A stretch of DNA of 64,000 nt from Laetmonice hystrix (lineage: Eukaryota): assembly GCA_965235115.1 (NCBI GenBank), contig OZ249448.1, forward strand, positions 15,686,001-15,750,000, in the 5' to 3' direction. Below the pieces are notes generated by a model that worked only from the letters and a program-made list of their open reading frames with translations, was not told the origin of the DNA and made no database searches. Of this stretch, positions 12,890-24,795 are shown one piece after another. Made by a program: the position numbers and the translations under genes. Each line of letters begins with the position of its first letter. The stretch's first letter is position 1.

Positions 12890-13090
12890 TATCCCGTTCC
12901 TCTATGGATGTATCTAGAAAGGCTCTGTAGGGCATGAAAGAAAGTCAACCATACCAATACTAAACGTCGGGTACCAACAGACCACTAAGCCACCTGTAGT
13001 ATTAAAGTTGTCATGCGTGCGATTCGAACCCCAGGCCCTTGGTATGAAAGTGAAAGTCCTACACACTCTACCACTGCGCCATCCATGCGC
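12890..13090 (-). mobile_element. tRNA-derived SINE-like element (head about 13010-13090; 3' extent uncertain)
   Basis: Minus-strand A box TGGCGCAGTGG (13071-13081) and B box GGTTCGAATCG (13020-13030). It does not close into a full cloverleaf. Confidence 0.65.
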
Positions 13091-13245
13091 ACACCTATTT
13101 GTAGAGTCTTGCTGTTAATGAATGGCCATAGCCATAGTAGTAAACAATGATCAATTACGTCATACCAGGGTGAAGTTAGCAGGCTTATGTAGGTTACCTA
13201 GTGAAAGAAAGATATTTACCTAGATTACCAGAAGTCGAAAAAAAA

Positions 13246-13402
13246 NNNNNNNNNNNNNNNNNNNNNNNNNNNNNNNNNNNNNNNNNNNNNNNNNNNNNNN
13301 NNNNNNNNNNNNNNNNNNNNNNNNNNNNNNNNNNNNNNNNNNNNNNNNNNNNNNNNNNNNNNNNNNNNNNNNNNNNNNNNNNNNNNNNNNNNNNNNNNNN
13401 NN
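13246..13402. other. Assembly gap (157 N)
   Basis: Run of N. Confidence 1.
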
Positions 13403-13410
13403 GGGTGGTG

Positions 13411-13560
13411 GGGGGCTCGGGTGGCCGAGTGGTGTAAGGTGTTTTATCACACCATGGCCATGGCCTCACACCCCTGCGGTCCGGGTCGATCCCCGGCCAA
13501 GGCTGCATGTTCCTTCCCGAAGTCAAGGCGTAAAACCCCAAATTTGGCCTTGGAAATAGC
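13411..13560 (+). mobile_element. tRNA-derived SINE-like head (3' extent uncertain)
   Basis: A box TGGCCGAGTGG (13422-13432) and a B-box variant GGGTCGATCCC (13483-13493). No complete cloverleaf. Confidence 0.6.
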
Positions 13561-15213
13561 AAGTAACTAACATTTTTGAGAAAAATGAGTTTGATGTTTC
13601 CCACAAATCGGTTTATGTGTGAAAGTTTGTCAGACTGTTGGTCCACCTACTGCCCCCCTCTGTTACGGGATGGGCTCAAATCGAAGGGTAGAATATGGCC
13701 TTTGCGCTCAGATCATCAGCCAGGGTTGAATGTTATATAATATAACAAATTAGGATGTGATACCGCTGAGAAATGTTTCGGGCAGGAGATTTCCGTGGTA
13801 GCCTGAATTTAAACAGAATTGGGGGCCAAAAGAATGCATGTAAAAATGTCAGCAGTATTTTCCGGTGTTAATTGGTGCAATTACAGTCACTTTCTGTTTG
13901 GCCCTTCGGAGTTTTTTCAGAGGGGCATGCTTTAAGAACGCACAGCAGTTTATTTAAAACCCCGCAAGTGAATGAACGCACGCAGAACTTCTTTTGTGAA
14001 CTCATCGCTCTCTCAGCCAGGTCAAATTATTTCCGTCCCCATTTAGACTGGAGCTGCAGTTCTGCTAGCTGACAAATTCAGTTTACGGCATCTGGTTGGA
14101 GCAAGAAGTCAAAGGCCATATGCTAAAGCACGGGAGCTGAGATGAGAATCGTGTAAAACGTGGCAGAAAATTGATAAAGAACTGTACTTATTCGGCATTT
14201 TCTCGGTAATGATGGCACTTGATAGAAGGTGAAAACATGGGCAGAACTTTTCAAGGTTAAAAGAAAGGTTACTGGAGTTGGAAAGCTTAGGGCTAAATCA
14301 ATCAGCGGAACTTCGAGTTTTGCAACACTTGAAATGTGCGAGTTGAATGTAATACAATGTATAGCACAAGTTAATACCTTAAGGACTGTTTCCACTAAGA
14401 TTTTCCTTGCGACGTCCATGCGATTTTGATATCACCCTTTTATTTTACTGTGATTTTGAGATTAAAAGCCCATGTCCACATAGGCGATTGTCCTTGAATC
14501 AAACTGCGCGCCAAACCAAGTGCAAAACGTTGCACGTGAGTACAATGTCAATCAAGAAGGCGCCGCCTAGTGACATCCTAAGGAATCACATTTCTGATAT
14601 TCCTATATATCAAAAATCGTATAGCCGTGGCAAGAACAATCACCTTAGTGGAAATGGACCATTTCCAGAAACAGGGAAGGCCCGTCAGGAAAAATTACAG
14701 AGTGCTAATCCCGCCAAGAAAGTCTGGCAGGCCTTGTTCAGTGGTAGGAAAACATGCATTCGATGTCGAGCTTGATGTCCCGGCTAACTTAAGAACTGCA
14801 CGGCTTCAATATCTTAATTCGATTATTGATGCGCCGGTGTATATTTCATCACGCAAAGCTCAATAAATACAACAATGCGTTTTCTTTTTGAAGTATCTAC
14901 TTAATAGGATACATGGACATCAATGGTGTAATAGAACACGTGCCAGTCTCTGTCAATGACTAGTAGCTAGGTGATCGTCTTACACCAAGACAGCGGTTGA
15001 GATATGTAGATTTGAGCAATAGATAGCAGGAGCCAAGGCAGCCATCGCTAGAAATACTGCTTTGTTGAAAAAAGATATTATATTAATCACTATAGCTGCA
15101 TCAACTACAGCAGCAATACAAGCGCAGCAGTAGTTTTTGTTAGCCATTTGCTGTGGAAATCCTTAAAATCAAACCTCCCTTGCTGTGGCTTAACGGAAAA
15201 AGGAGCCAATCTA

Positions 15214-15449
15214 NNNNNNNNNNNNNNNNNNNNNNNNNNNNNNNNNNNNNNNNNNNNNNNNNNNNNNNNNNNNNNNNNNNNNNNNNNNNNNNNNNNNNNN
15301 NNNNNNNNNNNNNNNNNNNNNNNNNNNNNNNNNNNNNNNNNNNNNNNNNNNNNNNNNNNNNNNNNNNNNNNNNNNNNNNNNNNNNNNNNNNNNNNNNNNN
15401 NNNNNNNNNNNNNNNNNNNNNNNNNNNNNNNNNNNNNNNNNNNNNNNNN
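15214..15449. other. Assembly gap (236 N)
   Basis: Run of N. Confidence 1.
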
Positions 15450-17873
15450 ATCTATAGGAAGGTGTTTTATATTGTAATGTAATTCCTTGGAGTTAACCTT
15501 CTTGTTGTGCAAATATAGATTTTCGGCATTTTGTACCAAAAGGTGGGGTCTGATGGGATCCTTTCGTGAGAAGTCTTGTTGTTTTGAGCCATAGTGGTAT
15601 TACTTGGACGAAATGACATGTCATGATGAGTATTCATGACATGACGAGCTGTGAAGGATGCATACTAGACACGGTGCATGCAAGTTTTATTATATTCTAA
15701 TATGTACACGCATACATCCTGATAAAAGAGTTGTCGACTTTCCCGAAGTTAAATACTAAAAATATTTCATGATATTCCAAGTAATAATTTTCGATCAATG
15801 ACTCCAAATGTAAGGTTGACGGTACAGGGTAGGGGGTTCGGTAGTATTTGCATGTTGCATTCAATGGGTGTGGTGGTAGGAATAACTTGGGGTTGTCAAG
15901 GGTGCGGTGACCATGAGAGCTTACTGAAATACTCATCGTGTATGCCCGCTCACACTCCTACTGTTGATACTAACCACCCAACATTGGAGTGCCACCAATC
16001 TCTAAAAGCTTTCTCGACTGATAGAGTTGATCCACAAATATTAATAAAACTCAGGAACACAGCTAACCATCGTGGCAGATAGCACGCTTGTTGTCCCCTC
16101 GTACTAATAATTCTAGACTAAAAACTATAGTTGTAACAATTTATTGTCAGCCATGCGGTTGGATGGATTAGATATGTGGGGCATATATTTTTATAATGGT
16201 GGTAGAGTTGTAGAGACAGAGAAAGAACAAGTAAATTTACCAGGATGAGCTATGGTTCTATCGGTCAGCGGTTTGCCAGGGAATCAATATGTCATGATGC
16301 AGGCTTCATCTGGCCAGGCCCTGGGGCCTGAAACCATACGCGAGTATACTCTTTCTTAGGAGCATGCCTATGTGATATGTTATTTTTCTTCATTTATTTT
16401 TATTTTTTTTACTGTACGTGTGTTGGGGAGGGAGGGCGGGGTGTTTAGTAGAGGAGATAATATCAAGGGGGAAGGGTGGGATATAGACAGCACGAACGGA
16501 CCGTCTGAGTTGTCGTGTTGGAGAGTCACCATTGGACTAGGATAATATTAGACTGGAGTGACCGTCATTTAAAAGGGTTATTCCATGGGAGAGTCAACAT
16601 TACAGCGCATACTTGTAGGTATAACGTTGAGCAGGACATTTCCGTTCTTATTATTCATTTGTTTTCCAAACCTGATGAGATTTTTAACATGTGCAATACT
16701 AGCGTCATGCCATTTGGGTTTATCTCCTCGTGACTCGGTGAACGTACGGCAAGTTCATCATTCTGTTATGTAAATAGCAATTAACCAGCAAATACTGTCG
16801 CCACCACTTTTTGAGCGACATAAAGGCATGTTGTATGTGTGGACACGAGCGCACTCCGTGTGAATTTACCAGTGCCTCCAGCTTGTATGCGTTGTCACTG
16901 CCACCTTATTAGAGACAGAAAAAGTAGAAAGTTGTTATGCACACAGCGCTGAAATGCCATATTAGTGTGGCAGAAACTTTTCTCGGTGAGTAAACTTGGC
17001 AGGGGCGGAAAGTGGCCATTTCGTGGTATGTTGAGGTTTTACCTAATCATACAGCAGACCTCTGCCAAGCTCACCCATGTGGCAAGCAGAGCCGACTGTA
17101 TTTCGTCGTGTATCCATGTGCTGGGGTTGGTTCCCGCGCAGATGTTAACTTGATTGTAGATGACAACCACTGGTCCTACAGGGGTAATCATGGGTGTGTA
17201 GGACCGAGGAAAGCCTCAGCTGCTCAGTCTGCCTTCAATTTCACTGTGTACCATGCGGTAAGACGCGGCAGTCAGGTGACAGTGATGCGACCATTGCATC
17301 ATCCTGTCAGAAATGATAGAAACGGAGACCTTATTCAGAACGACAGGCGGGGTGAAGGGGGCGAGCGTACACCAAGGATCACCGTCCCTTGGAGACTGCA
17401 GCTTTGGAGGATGTCTAAAAACTAGCGGATTGTTTGTTTGTCTGCTGCTGCATATCATGTAAAACATAGCTAATAGACGGAGGTTCTAATCTTACTGGCC
17501 GCCAGCAGTAAATACCAGATGTCATAGTCGTGTACGGTCTGAGAACAATAGATGTTGAAAAGGATTTAAAATAAAGAAAACTTTCATCCTACCCCATCGT
17601 TTGAGAACATTTTTATGCTGCTCTGTTTTAATTAGAATGCCATAGTCATTGTCAAAAAATGTAACAAGAAATATATTTGGCAGATTGAGTCATGGAAGTA
17701 ACAGAATACGTAAAACAGACTGTATAACCGAAGGCTCCATCATCTGTATTGGCGCACAGAAGTCTATGCATTCAGTGCTTCATTGGAAATACTCTTAAAT
17801 ATGTCAAACCTTTTTTTTAATTGGAATGTTTGGCTGGCAATGAAAAATGTTTCATGCTAATATATGGGACATA

Positions 17874-18215
17874 TAATTGGCAGGATTAATAACGGCGAGC
17901 AGATAACAATATCTTGATTCAATAATCCAGCACAACATCCAAGTTAAGTTAATTAGCATCAGGTATGGTTAAGAATAGTCGGAGAACAAGGTATAGTGTG
18001 AGTAATTTCTGGTTGCACTTTCTTCAATCAGTCATGTAATGGAAATTATGTTAGCAGGAGATAGTTGATTAAACTTCCTGTTCCTTAGGGTTAATTAACG
18101 GGGTTGCAGGGTAGTTTGGCCAGATATACTCGACAGGATTGGGGCGAAGAACGGTGGGACGACGGCTCAAGTGTTGACTGGTCATTACGGTGTTTGGCAG
18201 GGTCTATATACAAAG
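17874..18215 (+). promoter_or_regulatory. Candidate proximal regulatory region of the CNG gene (homeodomain-site cluster, weak TATA)
   Basis: TAATTG 17874, GGATTA 17883, TAATCC 17923, TAATTA 17950, ACTTCCTG about 18073, TTAATTAA 18091 and TATATACAAA 18205. Confidence 0.3.
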
Positions 18216-18467
18216 GCAGACTCGTGTAGCATCAGAGCTGTCTTGGGGAGAATACCGGGGAGAAGGGGTTTGGTCAGGGGTTTGTTTAGATAAGGAATGA
18301 TTCACTAAAGGCTAGCCGAACGAATGACCTTTTGTGAATGTCCGGTATCGTACCATACTCTCTTGTAAAATAACAACATATTTTCCAACTCGTCCTGCAT
18401 GGTTATTTGTGACAGACTTGTACACAATTTTGGATCCTGTTTGATGATGTCGATGTTGTATTTGCAG

Positions 18468-19717
18468 GAGAACCCCCTCCCGTCTTCGCTTGTCTCCGAT
18501 GAGGTGTGGCCTGTTGAAGCAGCCCATTTTCCCCAAGTTGGCAGCACTATGAATAAAGCGAGAAATGTGCTGCAGAGCCAGCTGTCAGCTGACATCCCAG
18601 ATATACGGATTGTCCCGGACGAACAGTCGAGTCCGCCGAGTGGTTCCGGGCAGGACAGCCTGGACGCATCCCAGGTCGACCTCAGCCTCAGTAACAGCGA
18701 CAATGAGGAGCAGAATATCCTGCTTGACCCCAAGGGTCTGTCTCCCATGTACAGTACGTTACACCTGCCACAGGAGGACAGTGACCGCGAGAACTCGGAA
18801 CTCCTCACCCCTCCCGGCTCTCCGTTCAGGGACCGTACCGAGAGCGGCTCCAAGTGGGCCAAAATTCGGACCACGGTCAAGGTGGCGGGCGCCGTGCAAA
18901 CAAACACCCGCAAACGGGCCAGGAAGGGGTCCACCCTGGTCCGGCAGGACTCGTTCCTGAAAAGGTTCTCCACCAGACATGGCGGGGGGAGCAATCTGGA
19001 CGATGAGTTCAGCGAGGAGGTGGACCGGATGGAAAAAAAGGAAAAGTCGAGGAACAAGAAACTTCGACGGTTTGTCGTGAACCCTGATGAAAACTTCATG
19101 TTCTTTTGGATTGGTGTTGTTACAGTATCTGTTTTATATAATCTGTGGACAAGTATCGCACGGGAAGCCTTCAAAGAAATACAACGGGGATATGAACCTA
19201 TCTGGCTAACTATGGATGCAATCTGTGATGTTATTTATTTGATGGATATAGCCATACAGTTACGTACTGGATACCTGGAAAAAGGCCTTATTGTTTACAA
19301 CAGCAAAAAGCTTGCACGTCATTATGTGTTCTCCAAGTACTTTATGCTGGACTTGATAAGTCTTTTACCTTTAGATCTACTCCAATTCTACATAGGCATT
19401 CATCCTCTCATCAGATTCCCACGGTTCGTGAAAGCTTACCGTTCATACCGCTTCACATACATGGTAGAAACACGAACTATATACCCCAACATGTGGAGAG
19501 TGGCCAATTTATCTCACGTCCTATTCCTAGGTTCTCACTGGTTCGCAGCATTTTATTTCATGATCTCCAAAGCTGAAGGATTCATAGGAAACTGGGGCTA
19601 TCCACGTCCCGATGGAGAGTTTGCCTCCGTAGCAAGACAATACCTAAAGTCTCTCTACTGGTCGACATTGACTCTCACCACAATAGGCGATTTGCCACCA
19701 CCAGAATCCAACTGGGA
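18468..19717 (+). CDS. CNG channel exon A: N-terminus, S1-S5 and pore helix/filter (first in-exon ATG at 18549)
   Basis: Lies within the 440-aa ORF 18399-19721. Acceptor-like TTGTATTTGCAG ends at 18467. Donor GA|GTAAGT at 19718 is phase 2 and overlaps the ORF stop. The exon ends ...TIGDLPPPESNW(E). Confidence 0.95.
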
Positions 19718-22700
19718 GTAAGTACCACCCTCTTAAAAATATATATTTGGTTCTTTATTTTACCGTTTTTTTTTTCAGTGGAGCTCAGATTCGGTCTTAC
19801 AGAATTTCTTGATGGAAGGACAGGGACAGGGGTACTGTTGGGAATTTGGGTGATGCTGGAGTTTTGAGTACCATAGAGAGTTGTGATAAATACCCAAACC
19901 CTAAAGCCATGTTCCACGTATAGACTGAGCCTGTTTATTTGTTGGAGCCCAGTGTTCTAGACGTATTGTAATACAGATCCGACTGGCACGCAAAGTAATA
20001 CACCAAGCTACCGGCAGGCGGCGTGCAAGTCCCGTACTCTAGTAGAACATGGCTTGCCGGGAAACAGTCCTGTTGCATGACATTTGATTTCTACTTACTT
20101 TACGTGAACCTCGAAGCCCAGAAGAGGCTTTACATACCCCCTTATGTGTGTGCATGCTTAGTCTCCGTACCTAATTTACTTGTCAAACTTACATGTAACA
20201 AAAAGAGAAAAAATGTTGGGATAATGATTGCATGTGCCTTTGATTTCCAAAGACAGATCCAGTAGGAGTTGGATCTCAAGTTACTTTTTATACTCGCTAT
20301 ACAAGACGTTCTCATGTCAGTATAAGACCGACATAACGTAGCAGTCATGTGACGTAATTTACATTGCACTTTAAAAAACAAATTGACGATGACCATTTTT
20401 TTTATTTAAAGGTTATTTAGCACTGAAAAATGTAAATTGTAAATAATTATTATCAGTTACATGGCAAAGGTTAAAAGGAAGCATTGTTTGGGATTTTGTG
20501 CTTGTAATGGAGGGTTTGGCCTTCTATCGACCTGTGGCTGACATTTGGCATATGTTGGCTCGGCTGCTGAATGGTGGGTTCGATATTAACGAATGTCACT
20601 GCTGGCTGTGGTGGTAATGCCATCGTTTCAATTTCTCTGATCCGATAAAATGAGTGGAAGATGGGGGTGCAAGGAGCTGTCAAAAACAGCTGGAATGTCC
20701 GGCAGGTCTCCAGACATTAACTGTATACGGAACTAATGTACTGTTTAGTGCCACAGGTATCAGTTTTCCTCTCTAACACCCAGGCTGATGGGGATTTTCT
20801 ACCCCGGCCGGTCTATCAGTATGTTGCGAAGGCTGAATTTGGCACCCGGGTATTAGAGGAAGTCAGAAGTTCAGAGGGTAGGCAGATATGTTCCATTAGT
20901 GTCCGTCAAGACCATATGCTATTTTATTCCGAATATCGCCTTAATTCAAAACTGAAGCTAAGCAAATTCTCGAATTTATATTTATATTCCCCAGAATTGA
21001 CTTTGGTTAGAAAGTAAATTGTCCGTTTCTTTGGAGCAACCAAAATCAGAAAGCTTTGATTTTGATATATTTATAGTTGTAAACATGCAAACAGAAGACA
21101 AAACGATCACTACTACATTGTTGTCATTGGCTCGAGGCTTTCGGATTGGAAAACTAGCGAGAGTATTCGCTGTAATGTTTTCTCCATCGGCTGATGGCAG
21201 ATAGAATGGGATCATTACAGGGGCAAACAGAGAGGAATTGCAGGTCAGGTGCCTCCAGCAGAGTTCGCTCGCTGAATGAGAGAGACCCTTGTTCAATTTG
21301 CTCAAGTTCTCCCCATGAAAACTCATTCCGCTTTTCCCCGCCCGTCGCTGGCAGCTTGCAACAACAATGCTCTGTTTACCCATTCCTTCCCGCAGTCAGA
21401 TCGATAAAACAAACAGAATGTGGGCCGATATAAAGACAGCCGATTCCAATGGGCATCGACCAAAGTTTGCCGGCCTATATGTCCAGCTGTGAGGCAGAAC
21501 ACTAAAGCATGGGAGCTGATGCATGAATTCACTTTACTTAGCAGTCAGGAGACCGACTTCGTACCAGCACCAGTACCAGCACCAGCATCTGGGCCGCGTG
21601 CAGGGATGAACGCTATGGCTGCGATGACGTAGTCGCTCTAATTGAATTCCAGCGGCACAAATAACAGTACAAGACCTATATATTTGTACCATTCTATGGC
21701 AAACATCTGCTGCTCTGGCTTGAATCACAGCAAGCAGACTAACAAGATGTAACCGTCTGGTCGTTTAGGTCCGTTGGGAGCCCTTTAAGCAAGTGAAATA
21801 GTCAAAGCAATGCTTTTAGTCAGCAGGAAAAAGTGTTGTTATTGCTGACCATTGCGGTGATGTACTTCCGCGCGCCTCACTGTCACGGTGCTATTACAAA
21901 ATCAATACTAACCTAATTATTGGGTTCCTATTCTCTGCATTGCCGGATCAGGTCTCGACCCCAGATGTCTGCCTCACTGCAATTTCTTCATTTATTGTCA
22001 AAATATTGTCCTACGAAATGTCGCAAATCAATGTGCGATTGAAGGAGACTCCCCGCAGGAATGAAAACTTTTGTATAGAGGCAGCAAACAAATTTCCTAA
22101 AGTAGACACTGTGCTGTTTGCCATGCAATGGTCAAAGGTCTCGGATTTCTTAGAAAGCAGAAAACACTCCCTAATTTGGGATGACTTTGGAAGGCAATAG
22201 AAGGTTCTTCTTGTGGCTTCCGTTAGAAAACGCTACAAAGGCGAAACCCCGGCCGAACACGTGCTGCTGTGTTAGCCGGGCCAGATGTCGGGATCCCAGC
22301 GTGGTCCCGCCTAGTGGAGGTTAAAAGGAGAAGTTGAATCGTAGAGTTTAATGCGACATAAACGTCACCGAGTCCTAGCGGGGTTGTGATACCTCAGTGT
22401 AACCTAGCGTGAGGGATCAATGCACCCTGCAGTGGTAGAATCGGTTCTGTAAGAGGATCAGACATTTCCACAGCCATTAGCCATTATTTCAGCTCCCATC
22501 GTGTCTCAAAACTTTTAGTTCAACCAACACACAGACTATAGCTTTCAGTCTTATTCGCAAGATATTATTACTAGTATATTTGAAAAGATAGATGGAATGT
22601 CAGTGAAGAGTATTTTGTAAAAGGCATCTATAGTTATGGCTACCCGAACTAAATAAGTAATAACTGTGGTGTGTTGGAATTTTCTACATCTGAGGAAATG

Positions 22701-24750
22701 ATTACGTAAGAGATTTCCTTTTTCACTTTTCTCACTCTTTTTTCTTGGACAGTTGGCTCCGTACGATGCCTGCTCATAGGTAACTATACCACATCAAGCT
22801 GTGATGGTCTGGTCAGTGTTAAAGTGTTCAAATGCATCAGTGCTGCACACATTGTTGACCTGTAAGTCAGCAAAGTTTTTTTAATTTTTTTTTTCGCATG
22901 GCACTGTTTTTTTTATTTGTTCTGAAACTGATGGTGTCTACAGTAGCATACCGCTTGGTACATCACTGACCCAGAATAGATGTGACTATCACCATGTAAC
23001 CGGAAACTACACTCTAAGGCAAAACAGGACAAATGGAGAGTTGTTATTGCCGGGCCAGTCTCAGAATTTTGCATGGAATGGTGTCCACAGTGCCTTTGAA
23101 AAACCCTAGGAAGGGGAAGTTACATTGAGAAAACAGCAAGCTCCTCTTTACCAGCTACAAAATCCCAAATAATGCCATGGCATACAGATTAGTGCATTAT
23201 CGAGTAGGGGGTGCTAGATATGTTTGAACATGAGACTTTCATCTCTATTTCCCCTTAGTAAATGCTTCATGCAAATTTTTGAGATGGTCAGCTAAATATT
23301 TTAAACATAATATTTAAGATAGCAATAACAGCTTATGTAAACTCTTAAGATTCTGTTAAAGTGAAATCGTAAGTTTGTTTGTGCATGACCTAGAGAGTGA
23401 TTTTGGTGTTAGTATTACGGTGTTGTCAGCATGTTGGTGTTATCAAGTGTCATCGTGTAACCGTTAGAACATAAGTCGCCATGGCCTTCAATATGCGAGT
23501 TCTCTTTCAGGATCCCGACATTTGTTGCCATGAATAATTAAGACTTTTCTCATTAGTACTTTGAGGTATAATAGTGGGAAGCATTGATAGGAGAGGCCTT
23601 ATAGCAAAAGTAGTTAGACCAGTGTATGAGCCATTAGCACCCTTCATGCTTTTAACACGTCAAGTAATTATTTTTCATTACCACATCTCTCATCTAATAA
23701 AGTAATACTTATCGTTTTTTGAAACGTGAAATATCTAATTAGAAATTAACGAACGACATATCACCAATTAGTATTTTGAAGTAAACCTATTCCTGCCCTA
23801 GAAATAAAGTCATATAACGACGAAGGGTATTATTGCGTGTCGGTTACGACAGGTTGTCATTTATTTGTACTTTTCACAACTCTATGTTCTTACCTTTCGA
23901 TTTAAGGATAAAAACTACAAAATTGAATGATGTTGGTGAGTGAACGTCCGTCCTCCGGTGTGACAGCTGCCCGCTGTGTTGAGTGGAGATGATACACTGT
24001 GGATGTAACGATATTACTAAACGTCTTCAAACGTCTCCTCTCATGCTGGTGCTAAGATGCTTTTCACGCCCAACATGAGATATCATATAGCCGCCTATTT
24101 ACTCTTTAAGTACATATTGTTTAACACTGCCATCGCCCAAAGGCGTGCGAGCGGTGGTTCCTTTCAATGAAGTAAGCGAACGACACGAAGGTTTTTCGCA
24201 TCATAGCGGATTGAATGTTATTGAAACACAACAGCATTATATAGCACAGTTTACACAGGGAACGTGAACATTGTTCATTTACTCAGAACCTGCCGTGCCG
24301 TTCGTCGCCATAGAAGGGAACAGAGGAACGCCCTTGTCTTGGGGTTGTTGGGGCTAATGTAGGCCCCCAATAGGAGCCACCACCCAGATGCTCAGAGTAG
24401 TGGATGCTCAATATCTGAATATTCGCGATTTTACTCAAGTTTGACGTCTTTGGGTAAGAAATGTAACTAACTGTGAAAAGTTTCTGGAAAAATTCTGTTA
24501 GTGTCTAACTAGATATAATCTAAAAGTCCTGAACGATCTTGCCTTTATTGGCGTTAACTGTGTTGGGAAGAACAAATATATTTTTAAAAATCCGATGATA
24601 GCGAAGATCAGTAAAATTTTCATGAACTCTCTCGTATAAGAGAGAGTTGAATTGAGATGGGAATGGAACGAAGGAAATAGACAGATAGAGAGGTCCGCTA
24701 AGGGAGATAGAATATAACACGGCCTTTTATGGTGGGCGTGCTCGATTGTA

Positions 24751-24795
24751 TGTGCATGTATGCATGCATACATGCATGCATGCACACGTGCGTGA
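24751..24795. repeat. Degenerate (ATGC)n alternating purine-pyrimidine microsatellite
   Basis: TGTGCATGTATGCATGCATACATGCATGCATGCACACGTGCGTG. Confidence 0.75.

Noticed and set aside
13010-13500. Functional tRNA genes
   Set aside because: A and B boxes are present, but the acceptor and anticodon stems do not pair into a cloverleaf, so I treated them as SINE heads.
17012-17425. 137-aa plus-strand ORF upstream of the CNG exon
   Set aside because: It has no recognisable domain and no phase-0 donor linking it to the 18468 acceptor.
18305-19174. 289-aa minus-strand ORF
   Set aside because: It is the antisense shadow of the GC-rich CNG exon A.
23086-23105. RAG RSS-like CACAGTG...GAAAAACC
   Set aside because: The spacer is about 4 nt rather than 12 or 23, and there is no partner signal or 5-bp TSD.
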